DNA of 64,000 nucleotides, taken from assembly GCA_017410065.1 (NCBI GenBank), contig JAFQRL010000005.1:23536-87535 (forward strand), read 5' to 3'. The translations under genes were made by a program, and so were the position numbers. A model generated the notes under the pieces. The model did not search any database, was not told the DNA's origin, and saw only the letters and a program-made list of their open reading frames with translations. Numbering within the stretch: position 1 is the stretch's first letter; each line of letters starts with the position of its first letter. Origin of the DNA: Clostridia bacterium. Its GTDB lineage: Bacteria > Bacillota > Clostridia > Oscillospirales > CAG-272. Shown piece after piece: positions 17,824 through 27,045 of this stretch.

Positions 17824-19650
17824 TTACTTTTTTCTTTTGCCAAAATAGGAGGCTATCCTCTCCGCGTCGGCTCTGCCGATGCCCTTCACCGAGCAAAGCT
17901 CCTCCACCGTCGCAGACTTTATTTTGCCAAGCGGCATTGCCGAAAGGAGAGCGCGCGCCTTTGCGGGACCTATGCCCTCAATTTTTTCAAGCACCGAATG
18001 TGTGAGAGTTTTTGTCTTCGCCTTTTGGGAGGACTTCACCGCAAATCTGTGGGCTTCCTCCTGCAAATTGTAAACAAAACCGTACACATCGAACTCTTTT
18101 GCAATAGATATCTCATATTCTCCGCTTGTGAGAGCTCGCGTTTTATGGAAGTCGTCCTTCACCATTCCAAACACAGGCACCTCAAGCCCAAGCTCGGAAA
18201 GCACCGACCTCGCCACACCCACGTGAGCATCACCGCCGTCCACAAGGATAAGGTCGGGTGCCTCGCCGAGAGATGGCGTGCCGTCACCGATATGAAGAAG
18301 ACGGCGGCGAAGCACCTCGCGCATAGAGCCGTAGTCGTCGGCACCTTCGGTGGTCTTAACGGAGAACAAGCGGTAGTCGCTCTTTTTAAGTCTTCCGCCC
18401 TGCCAAACCACCATTGAGCCAACTATATTTTCGTTTCCGATATTTGAAATATCGTATCCCTCTATCCTTGAGGGAAGCTCGTGAAGCCCGAGAAGCTCGG
18501 AAAGTCTTTTGATGTTTTTATCCTCTCTCTCTCCCTCAAGCCTGTGTTGCCTTGCAGACTCCCTCGCGTTTTCCATCGCCATATCGCAAAGTGCCCTGCC
18601 CTCGCCGCGCTCGGGTATCTTGACCGCCACCTTATAGCGAGTGCCAAGCGAAAGATATTCGGAGAGAAGCTCTCTGTCCTCCTCGCTGATGGGGAAATCA
18701 AGCATAATTTCCCTCGGCACGTTGCCCCATTCGTCGTAATGAGCCGCAATAAGCGAGGTCAGCTCCTCGTCGCTTGCCGCATCGGCGGCAGAAAGAATGA
18801 ATTCGTTTTTATTGATCAGCGCACCTCCGCGCACCGAAAGCATCGCAAGAGCAGAGGCGGTCTCCGAAATGTAAACGGCAAAAACGTCGCGGTTTACCTT
18901 GCCGTCCGCCACAACCTTCTGCTTTTCTGAAAGCTTATCAAGAGCCGCAATACTGTCTCTGTATGCCGCCGCCCTCTCAAATTCAAGAGCCTCGCTCGCC
19001 CTTTCCATCTCCTCGGTAAGATACGCCTTCGCCTCCCCCGAATTGCCTCCAAGCACACGCTCGGCACCGCGCACAAGCTCTCTGTATTCCGCGCCGTCTA
19101 TTCCGCCCGCACAGGGAGCAATGCATCTGCCCATATCCCTGTATATGCAAGGGCGATCCTTGCCGATGTCCTTCGGGAAGCTCCGCTTGCAGCTTGGCAG
19201 AGAGAATATCCTCATCACCGCCTCCAGAGCCGCGTGTGCCGCCCGAGTGCCGCTATACGGTCCGTAATACCTGCCCTTGTCGCTCCGCCTCTCGCGGGTA
19301 ACGAGCAGTCGCGGATATTCCTCCGCCGTCACCTTGATATAAGGATAGGACTTTGCATCCTTCAATTTGATGTTGTATTTCGGAGAATGTCTCTTGATAA
19401 GCACGTTTTCAAGAGCAAGTGCCTCAATCTCCGTTGAGCAAACTATATAATCAAAATCTCTCACAAGAGAGACCATTCTGCCCGTCTTGACCGAGTGATG
19501 GCTACCAACGAAATAGCTCGTCACGCGGTTTTTCAGCTTTTTCGATTTTCCAACGTAAATTATCTTCCCCTCGGCATCCTTCATAATGTAAACGCCGGGC
19601 TGCATCGGCAAGGAATTCGCCTTGTCCCTGAGCCGCTCTATCACCGTCAT
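17824..19650 (-). CDS. uvrC: Excinuclease ABC subunit C
   Basis: GIY-YIG region PGVYIM...IYVGKSK, PKYNIKLKDAKSYPY, RIEGYDISN, DEAHRFA-like QEEAHRFA, and C-terminal HhH. Confidence 0.97.
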   Translation of the reverse strand: MTVIERLRDKANSLPMQPGVYIMKDAEGKIIYVGKSKKLKNRVTSYFVGSHHSVKTGRMVSLVRDFDYIVCSTEIEALALENVLIKRHSPKYNIKLKDAKSYPYIKVTAEEYPRLLVTRERRSDKGRYYGPYSGTRAAHAALEAVMRIFSLPSCKRSFPKDIGKDRPCIYRDMGRCIAPCAGGIDGAEYRELVRGAERVLGGNSGEAKAYLTEEMERASEALEFERAAAYRDSIAALDKLSEKQKVVADGKVNRDVFAVYISETASALAMLSVRGGALINKNEFILSAADAASDEELTSLIAAHYDEWGNVPREIMLDFPISEEDRELLSEYLSLGTRYKVAVKIPERGEGRALCDMAMENARESARQHRLEGEREDKNIKRLSELLGLHELPSRIEGYDISNIGNENIVGSMVVWQGGRLKKSDYRLFSVKTTEGADDYGSMREVLRRRLLHIGDGTPSLGEAPDLILVDGGDAHVGVARSVLSELGLEVPVFGMVKDDFHKTRALTSGEYEISIAKEFDVYGFVYNLQEEAHRFAVKSSQKAKTKTLTHSVLEKIEGIGPAKARALLSAMPLGKIKSATVEELCSVKGIGRADAERIASYFGKRKK

Positions 19651-19692
19651 ACCTATCCCTCATCTCCTTTTGAATATTGCACCGCAATATTC

Positions 19693-19971
19693 AATCACGG
19701 CTCCGCCGTGTATATCATCAGCCCTTTGGGCTGTATATTTGCTATTCGTCGGTCGTACACGCCGAATAACGCAAGATACCGTTAAAAACGGTATGCATCA
19801 CGGCGAAAGCCTTGTATATCATCAGCTCTTTGAGCTGTATATTTGCTATTCGTCGGTCGTACACGCCGAATAACGCAAGATACCGTTAAAAACGGTATGC
19901 ATCACGGCATAGCCGTGTATATCATCAAGGCGAAAGCCTTGTATATCATCAGCCGCAGGCTGTATGGAATC
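19693..19971. repeat. Linker-plus-mini-hairpin array, family A, with two 68-bp modules
   Basis: TGTATATCATCA linkers and seven hairpins; identical 68-bp modules at 19732-19799 and 19836-19903. Confidence 0.9.
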
Positions 19972-20135
19972 CGTGCAATCCTCCGTCCTTTTCTGCTCGT
20001 GCCCGAAGGTGCTGTAACTCGGCAAATCTCCTCAATTTCCCGTAAGCATTGCCAACTTTCTCCTCAAAATATCCCTTTATCCTTTCATCAAAACTATGCA
20101 ATATATCACCTTTTGCCTCTTACTAGCCTAAAGTT

Positions 20136-22817
20136 CTATGCGTTTTGGTCGCTTATCATTTGTGCATCATCGCGAACATTCGCTTTCTTCAAAAAGGCCT
20201 CGTTCCAACGGCGAACAACTCTGTTGCAAACAACATATTGCAAAGACTTGATTATTCTTGATGGATAATACATCTGATGATTATTAAGCAAATCAATATC
20301 AATCAAGGGTTGCTCTACTTTTTTATGAGCCATCTTCGTTGTTGATCCGTTAGATTGTAGCGTTTGTAATTCACCCAAACCCAAACTGATATTATAAGCT
20401 TCTTCTAAATCAGGACGATGTTTTTGTAACAGTTTTCCAACTGTTTTGTATACAGATCTCACTCCCATATACGGAGAATAATAAGGTGTTGCTTCACCGT
20501 TGAACGGATTCAAATAGATGTGCGAATAAAAATCTATATCAACAATACATCCGTGAATGTTTCCCACACCACCAAACCGTTTCACTTCATTAGCAATATC
20601 CTGCAATGCTCTTTGATAAGGTTCCAAAAACCGCTCTATCGCAGCACAGTAGCTCGGCAAGTTTTCGTAATAATACTCAATGTCTTGGTTATCCGCAACT
20701 CGTGTATATCCGCCCTCCAATATGTAAAGCTTTTCTTTACTACTTGGTTTAAATAAAAACATATAATATCCGAATCGTTTCAGCATATAAATAGATCCCT
20801 TTTGGTTGCAACCATAAGATAATATCCCTTTTGCGATATTAAATTCGCGATATTCGTTCGAGGAAATTAAATGTATGCCGTCCAAAAGGCTATCAAACAT
20901 CTCATATGAGTTGTCGATTGTGAAAGATTTCAAATTTAATTTTCTTGCTTTATAACCAATCTGGTTGTCAGCTAAAACAACTGCACCATCATCGTCAGTA
21001 TAGGCTTTATTTATATGGTCGTGCCCGCACACATATATCCAATTTTTATTGAGTAATTGACTCGTCCAATCTTTCGGTTGCATATGAGTAAGCACTACAA
21101 GGTTTTTATCCGATGCAACGGATGAAATCTTTTTATATAATTTCTCGAACCTTTTCGATAGATCGCGCTCACTCTCTCTTCTTGTTACAGCATCTTTATA
21201 TAAGCCACAAGTAGAGTTATAGCGTGAGTTAAGACCTGCAAATCCCGTTCCTCCAAATACTGCCAGACTGGACATTTTGATAGCTTCCCTGAGAACTTCA
21301 TTTGATATATTCAATAAATCGTTTTCAGTTAGAACAACATTATACACATTTTTATAGTGCAAAAAAAGCGAATTGTTTAAAAGAAATATTTTGTTCCGTG
21401 CGGAATATCTGACTTGATCAACGTGCTGATATTTTGTTACTATTTCGTCGATTGCAAGAGTGTTTCCTTCTTCATCATAGCAGTCCCAAAGCTCGTGGTT
21501 TCCTAGAGTGTAAATGATTTTTCCTCTCCACTTATTTGACAAATTTGATATAAAAATGTCCACCAGCTTTTTTGAACAAGCTACATCTCCCGCGATCATA
21601 AGTGTTGCAGTATTATCAGGGCAACTTGTAATAATTTCTTGCACCTTTTGATTTATACATTCTTCGAGTTCATCATCGGAAAGTTTAACGTCAAACAATT
21701 CAAACTGATGTTCTAGATGAATATCGGATATGTAATAAATCAATCTATTCGTTTCATCACTGTTTGAAAAATCATATGCTACCACAGAATTCGTGTCTAA
21801 TGCATCATTTGAATTTTGCGCTTCGGGCAAAGCGCAGCGTTCACGGTTGATAAAATTGCCTCTTTGGACCTTGGTCTCCAAATGCTTTATAGCTTTTTCG
21901 GAAAGACTTTTGTAATGTGCCTCCCCAAAATCCGGTTTACTGTTGCGAACTATATTATCCCAACGAATAATTGTATTAGCAGGAATATGCAGCATTAGTT
22001 TATTCAAGAAATCGGTGTTTTCCCTAATGGCAACGGGTATCGAACAAAAATCTTTAAAAGAAAATTTATCCGCTATTTTTTCGATAAAACCCAAACACAT
22101 ATTGAGGTTTTTATATTTTGATGGAATATATTGAAATGCATTTATGTTTTCTTTAAAAATCTGATTGCATTTTTCTTTGTTCAAAAAAGACTTTGGAATC
22201 ATTTTTAATGCCTCAAGATAAACAGAAATTGCAATGTCAACCAAATCAGAATTGACAAATTCCTCTGGAACAAATTCAATTGCTCTACCATCCAAACTCA
22301 CAGCCTTTTTGCATAATTTTTCGTTAATAAATTCTTTTGTCACAAATTTTAGACAGCAGGGTGTGTAAGCAACAGCCTCTTCAATCAACTCTTTGGTTAT
22401 TAATCTGCGCGGAATATGATTAATCGGGTGCGAATAAACATCATTAAATTTCTGTCTAACCGCAACAAAAGCAAGTTCTTCATCGATTAGACTTTTGTCA
22501 ACATATTCAATTGCTTTACCATTTTTCAAAACGGCGGTAAAACATACTTTTTTTGTTTTAAGTTTTTCTGGGATAAAACGAAGATCTGAAGCACTTCTTG
22601 AAACGACTATGCAACACAACTCCTCGGTTAAAAACCGGGTAGAAATGTGTTTAAACTCTACGCTATTTTCTGTAATGTATCTATGAACGTCTTCTGCCGT
22701 CTGTTCCAACTTTGGAATTATTTTTTTATTCGGACGGCGTTTGTTAATATATTCTTCTTCAAATTTTGAAATATGCACCGAAAGAGTATTTATAACAATA
22801 GAATTTTCGTTTTTCAT
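20136..22817 (-). CDS. AT-rich 893-aa protein: N-terminal DUF4116-like repeats, calcineurin-like metallophosphoesterase, unknown C-terminal domain
   Basis: Repeats such as AVSLDGRAIEFVPEEF; motifs ISDIHLE, IAGDV, LGNHE, LTH, CGHDH. Confidence 0.8.
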   Translation of the reverse strand: MKNENSIVINTLSVHISKFEEEYINKRRPNKKIIPKLEQTAEDVHRYITENSVEFKHISTRFLTEELCCIVVSRSASDLRFIPEKLKTKKVCFTAVLKNGKAIEYVDKSLIDEELAFVAVRQKFNDVYSHPINHIPRRLITKELIEEAVAYTPCCLKFVTKEFINEKLCKKAVSLDGRAIEFVPEEFVNSDLVDIAISVYLEALKMIPKSFLNKEKCNQIFKENINAFQYIPSKYKNLNMCLGFIEKIADKFSFKDFCSIPVAIRENTDFLNKLMLHIPANTIIRWDNIVRNSKPDFGEAHYKSLSEKAIKHLETKVQRGNFINRERCALPEAQNSNDALDTNSVVAYDFSNSDETNRLIYYISDIHLEHQFELFDVKLSDDELEECINQKVQEIITSCPDNTATLMIAGDVACSKKLVDIFISNLSNKWRGKIIYTLGNHELWDCYDEEGNTLAIDEIVTKYQHVDQVRYSARNKIFLLNNSLFLHYKNVYNVVLTENDLLNISNEVLREAIKMSSLAVFGGTGFAGLNSRYNSTCGLYKDAVTRRESERDLSKRFEKLYKKISSVASDKNLVVLTHMQPKDWTSQLLNKNWIYVCGHDHINKAYTDDDGAVVLADNQIGYKARKLNLKSFTIDNSYEMFDSLLDGIHLISSNEYREFNIAKGILSYGCNQKGSIYMLKRFGYYMFLFKPSSKEKLYILEGGYTRVADNQDIEYYYENLPSYCAAIERFLEPYQRALQDIANEVKRFGGVGNIHGCIVDIDFYSHIYLNPFNGEATPYYSPYMGVRSVYKTVGKLLQKHRPDLEEAYNISLGLGELQTLQSNGSTTKMAHKKVEQPLIDIDLLNNHQMYYPSRIIKSLQYVVCNRVVRRWNEAFLKKANVRDDAQMISDQNA

Positions 22818-22961
22818 ATATGCTCCAAATTTTGAATTTTATTTGTACTCTATTGTCAAAAACAGCCAAAGTCCACATAAAAACAAAAGGCAACAGCCAC
22901 GAATCTGCTTTCGATTCCGGCTGCCGCCCTTGTTTCTCAAAACGGCTTATGCCGCCAAAGA

Positions 22962-23231
22962 TTAATTCTTCTCTCCGAATTCGCTTTCAACAAGCGTTGC
23001 AAGTCCTTCAATAGCCGCGGACTCATCCTGACCGTCTGCGATAAGGGTGATCTCGGTTCCCTTGGAGATACCAAGAGAAAGAACGCCAAGAAGGCTCTTC
23101 GCATTCACACGGCAGTCGTCCTTCTCAACCCATATAGAGCTCTTGAAGCAATTTGCCTTCTGAACGAAAAAGGTTGCGGGTCTCGCGTGAAGACCAACGC
23201 TATTTGAAATAGTTACGTTACGAGTAATCAT
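22962..23231 (-). CDS. ptsH: Phosphocarrier protein HPr
   Basis: GLHARPA (His15) and NAKSLLGVLSL (Ser46) motifs. Confidence 0.93.
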   Translation of the reverse strand: MITRNVTISNSVGLHARPATFFVQKANCFKSSIWVEKDDCRVNAKSLLGVLSLGISKGTEITLIADGQDESAAIEGLATLVESEFGEKN

Positions 23232-23403
23232 AATGCACTCTCCTCGTGTTCATTTAGAACTTTATCATATCAAGTATACCAAATTAAGCATTAAAAATCA
23301 ATAGTTTTTCGGAAAAACTCCGTTAAACTTTTTTAATTGAAATTGACTTTTTTTAGTAATTATGCATAAAAATCTACAAATTATTATGAATTATGCATAA
23401 AAT

Positions 23404-25239
23404 TCAGCGCAGATCTATGTCTATTGCGGAGAAATCCACGTCTCGGGTGTCCTCATAATAGAGGGTCCTGTCGTCAACCTCCTTTTTCGCTACCCTCAGC
23501 ATCGCGCTTCCGATACCGAACACGCAGAAGAAAAGATAGAAGGAGGTGCCCTGCGACCAAATATACTCGGTCGCACCAAAAGAGATAAGAGCAAAGGTCG
23601 CCGCCGCAGTGTACGGAGCAAGCGAGCCCATCTCGGTCTGCTTAAGATATATCCCGTAGCTCGCCCTGTGCCTTATGCGCACCATAAATATCAGGGCAAG
23701 AATAACCAAGGCAAAAACGCCTGCCTCAAGCCCAAGCTCGATAAAAATGTTTTGAGAATTTGTGTAGCCGAAGATGCCCTGCTTTGCCATCTCCTCCGCA
23801 AAGCTCTGCTCTCCCATACCTGCGCCAAACCAGATGTTTTCCTTAAAGGCAAGGATGGATGCGCTCCACACCTCGCGAAGCTCCGCCGTACCGTCAAAGC
23901 CGGGGATGTACCGAGCCACCGCCTCTGCCACGCCGTCGGGAATAAGCATTATTGAATATGGCACAAGAGCAAGAATAATTGCAACAGGTGCCGACGCCCA
24001 TCCAAGCCGCGTTGCAAAATACATAGCACCGCCCAGCACAAGCGCGAGAATAGCAAAGCTCTCTCCCGTGAGAAGGAGTGCCACCGTATTAAGCGCCGCA
24101 ACCGAGCCGTAAAGCACGGAGAGCGCGCCCGAGGTATGCTTTGCAAGTGCCACCGCAAAAACGATGGAAACGATAAGGAATATAGCGCATTCCGCCCGCG
24201 ACGCGAAGGTGGAGGAGAAATTCAGCTCTCCGCTAAAGGGACCCTCCGCCGCAATGGCGAAAATGAAGGTGTAAAGAGAATATGCCGATGCGGGAATAGA
24301 TGAAATAACCAGCGCGTTAAGCGAGCACTCCGCAAGGCGGCGGTTGGTTATAAGATTGCCCGAAAGGGTATAGCCAAGTGCCATCGCGATCATCACAAGC
24401 GAGCTCAAAAAGGACTCCGTTCCCTTCATAAATATGCCGCTCACAAGGAAGCTGACCGCAAGAAGCCCGATGAGCAGATCGTATTGCTCAAAGAAAATAA
24501 CTCTCTTGCCGCAAACCACCTTTCTGATAAAGGAGATCACCGTCAGCAAGGCAAGTGCCGAAAAAACCGCATCCGAATAAGGAATAAGCCTGATATAAGG
24601 AAGTGCCATCAGGGACAGCAGGAAGGTGCTTTCGGGGGATAGGAAGGCAAGAAATATAATGAGCAGAGCAACCACCGACACCCCGACTATCCAGGAGGGA
24701 ATGATAAATCCAAGCCCGCCGAGCACAGCTCCAACGATAAGCAGCACCGCAAAGGGTATGGGCTTCGTTTTCTCCGAGGAATGAGGCCTCTTTATGCAGA
24801 AGAACTCAAAGCAGATGAAATCCACCACCCTGTTGCCCTGAAGCACCGCCGCAAGCGGCTTATCCGAGAACAGAAACGGCAAAGCTATAAGCACAGCACT
24901 TATTCCAACGAACACCGAATATCCGCCGTTTTCAACGGGGATGGAGAAATAATCTATAAGAAAATAAGCAAGGAAGGTGATCGCGCCGTAAGCGAGGAGC
25001 CCCGCACCGTAGGCGTTTGAGGCGGTGAAGGAAAGCATATCTGTTATTCTGTTTCCAAAGCTAACAGATCTTTTCAGCACGGCTCCGCCGCTTCGCGTTA
25101 CAGACCCCGAATAGCTCCTTGAGAAAAATCTCTTGCCGCCCGAGGATTTTATTCCGTGCTTTTTATCGCTTTCGTATCCGTCAAGAAAATCAAAAAACGA
25201 TGATTTTGCCAAGTCGCACCACACCCCTTTCTTCTTCAA
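23404..25239 (-). CDS. O-antigen ligase-like polytopic membrane protein
   Basis: Many hydrophobic segments; REVWSASI...WFGAGMG and NIFIELGLEAGV resemble the Wzy_C region; start uncertain. Confidence 0.65.
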   Translation of the reverse strand: MKKKGVWCDLAKSSFFDFLDGYESDKKHGIKSSGGKRFFSRSYSGSVTRSGGAVLKRSVSFGNRITDMLSFTASNAYGAGLLAYGAITFLAYFLIDYFSIPVENGGYSVFVGISAVLIALPFLFSDKPLAAVLQGNRVVDFICFEFFCIKRPHSSEKTKPIPFAVLLIVGAVLGGLGFIIPSWIVGVSVVALLIIFLAFLSPESTFLLSLMALPYIRLIPYSDAVFSALALLTVISFIRKVVCGKRVIFFEQYDLLIGLLAVSFLVSGIFMKGTESFLSSLVMIAMALGYTLSGNLITNRRLAECSLNALVISSIPASAYSLYTFIFAIAAEGPFSGELNFSSTFASRAECAIFLIVSIVFAVALAKHTSGALSVLYGSVAALNTVALLLTGESFAILALVLGGAMYFATRLGWASAPVAIILALVPYSIMLIPDGVAEAVARYIPGFDGTAELREVWSASILAFKENIWFGAGMGEQSFAEEMAKQGIFGYTNSQNIFIELGLEAGVFALVILALIFMVRIRHRASYGIYLKQTEMGSLAPYTAAATFALISFGATEYIWSQGTSFYLFFCVFGIGSAMLRVAKKEVDDRTLYYEDTRDVDFSAIDIDLR

Positions 25240-25281
25240 AATTCAAATAAATATGTGTAAATGTAAATAATTGTTAGTATT

Positions 25282-26037
25282 TTATTGATTTTCAGCCGAT
25301 CTTTTGCGCCTTTTCTTTTCCTTCGGCTTCAAGGATTCTTCAATCTCGGGATGAGAGAGGAGCATATCTGGCCTGCGCTCCTTCGTTATGCGCACAGCCT
25401 CCTCCAGCCTCCATCGCTCGATTTTCTTATGGTCTCCCGAAAGAAGCACCTCGGGCACCTCTCTGCCCATAAACTCTCTCGGCTTTGTGTATTGAGGGTA
25501 TTCCAGAATGCCCGATGCGACCGACTCGCCCTCATAGCATTCGCTCGATGCAAGCACGCCCTCCTTAAGCCTTGCCACCGCGTCAATAACGATACAAGCG
25601 GGTATCTCTCCGCCTGTGACAACGTAATCTCCGATAGAGATCTCCTCGTCAACTATCTCGTCAAGCACCCTTTGATCAACTCCCTCGTAATGGCCGCAAA
25701 GGAAAATGAGATTATCATATTCCGCAAGCTCGCGCGCCACCTCGTGAGAGAAGATCCTTCCCTTGGGAGACATATAAATGACCCTTGTTCTCTCCCCCTC
25801 GGGAATAGACGAGATAACGCTCTTATAGCAATCGTAAATAGGCTGGCAGGTCATCACCATACCAACGCCGCCGCCATAGGGAGTATCGTCCGTTTTTCTG
25901 TGCTTGTCGGTGGAAAAATCTCTTATATTATGGCACTTAACGCTGATAATTCCCGCCGTCTGTGCTCTGCCGATTATGCTCTCCGAGAGCACGCCCTCGC
26001 AAAGCGCGGGAAAGAGTGTTAATATATCAAACCTCAT
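25282..26037 (-). CDS. trmD: tRNA (guanine-N1)-methyltransferase
   Basis: DDTPYGGGVGMV, LCGHYEGVDQR, SIGDYVVTGGEI, LEYPQYTKP, VPEVLLSGDH. Confidence 0.97.
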   Translation of the reverse strand: MRFDILTLFPALCEGVLSESIIGRAQTAGIISVKCHNIRDFSTDKHRKTDDTPYGGGVGMVMTCQPIYDCYKSVISSIPEGERTRVIYMSPKGRIFSHEVARELAEYDNLIFLCGHYEGVDQRVLDEIVDEEISIGDYVVTGGEIPACIVIDAVARLKEGVLASSECYEGESVASGILEYPQYTKPREFMGREVPEVLLSGDHKKIERWRLEEAVRITKERRPDMLLSHPEIEESLKPKEKKRRKRSAENQ

Positions 26038-26626
26038 CAGCCTCATCAAAGAAGCCCGAAATGGGAAGCACCCTCATTCCGTTCTCCTCGCTAATCTCCT
26101 TTATAAATTCGGGCACGTCGGGAAGCAGTACCTCGCCGCCCTTGTGCTTCACGGTGTATATTCTTCTGCCCGCAACGTCGGATACCTCGGATATCTCCCC
26201 GAGCCTCTCGCCGCTTTCCGCGTGATACACAGGCAGACCTATCATATCAGCTATGAGCATTGCCCCCTTTGCCACGGGAATATCCTCTCTGGCAAGATAG
26301 ATCGCTCTGCCGCGCAGAGCTATGGCATCCTCTCGGCTGTCTATTCCCTCAACCGTCATTATAACGAATTGACCCGAAACCGATGCTGAAAGCACCTTGT
26401 ATTCAACAAAGGTCTCAATAGGCGCACCGTTACGTGAGCCGCTCGGCGAAGCAATATCCCTCGCACCGATAGCCCCGCAGGGGCGAAGATAGCCGCGCTC
26501 GGCAAAATATATTCGCTTTTGCTTCGCAAGTACCGAAGGACTGTCGCAAAAATGCTCAACCTTCAGCGCACCGCGAACTCCGTGAGCCGTGCAGATCCTT
26601 CCTGCCTCAAGATATTCCGCCTTCAT
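26027..26626 (-). CDS. rimM: Ribosome maturation factor RimM with an apparent ~25-aa insertion
   Basis: HGVRGALKV, GIDSREDAIALRG, and PRC barrel DMIGLPVY...LLPDVPEFI; overlaps trmD; GGAGG precedes the ATG at 26626. Confidence 0.9.
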   Translation of the reverse strand: MKAEYLEAGRICTAHGVRGALKVEHFCDSPSVLAKQKRIYFAERGYLRPCGAIGARDIASPSGSRNGAPIETFVEYKVLSASVSGQFVIMTVEGIDSREDAIALRGRAIYLAREDIPVAKGAMLIADMIGLPVYHAESGERLGEISEVSDVAGRRIYTVKHKGGEVLLPDVPEFIKEISEENGMRVLPISGFFDEADEV

Positions 26627-26734
26627 ACGCCCTCCATATCCTCGCATAAAATTATCGTCTTAAAACCGTCTCTTTATATTCTACCACATATTTAAAATAA
26701 AATCAAGCCTTCTTTTTTGCGCGTCAGCGCGCGC

Positions 26735-26892
26735 GGTAGCGCAACTTTCGCTTCGCGAAAACTTCACTTGTGCAAAGCACAAACTTCACCTGCGCGTCAG
26801 CGCAACTTTTTGCTATTGCAAAAAACTTCACTGCAAAGCAACTTCACTTGTGCATAGCACAAACTTCACTTTCGCTTCGCGAAAACTTCACC
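26735..26892. repeat. Linker-plus-mini-hairpin array, family C
   Basis: ACTTCAC at 26761, 26783, 26825, 26841, 26863, 26885, separated by hairpins such as TTGTGC-AAA-GCACAA and TTTCGC-TTC-GCGAAA. Confidence 0.88.
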
Positions 26893-27045
26893 AAAAAAAG
26901 ACCCCGAAGCAAGAGAAAAAAACGCTTTTCCTTTTTCCTGCCTCAGGGTCTGTTTTCTATTCAGTTATAAATTTGGCTTTGCCAAGCGTTTAGATTTTGC
27001 TGTTCGCAAAAGCTATGAATTCGCAGAGCGAACGTTATGATATGA

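Noticed and set aside
19622-20268. ORFs sharing LFVGRTRRITQDTVKNGMH (also 44688-44909)
   Set aside because: Translation of the 68-bp module; not supported as genes.
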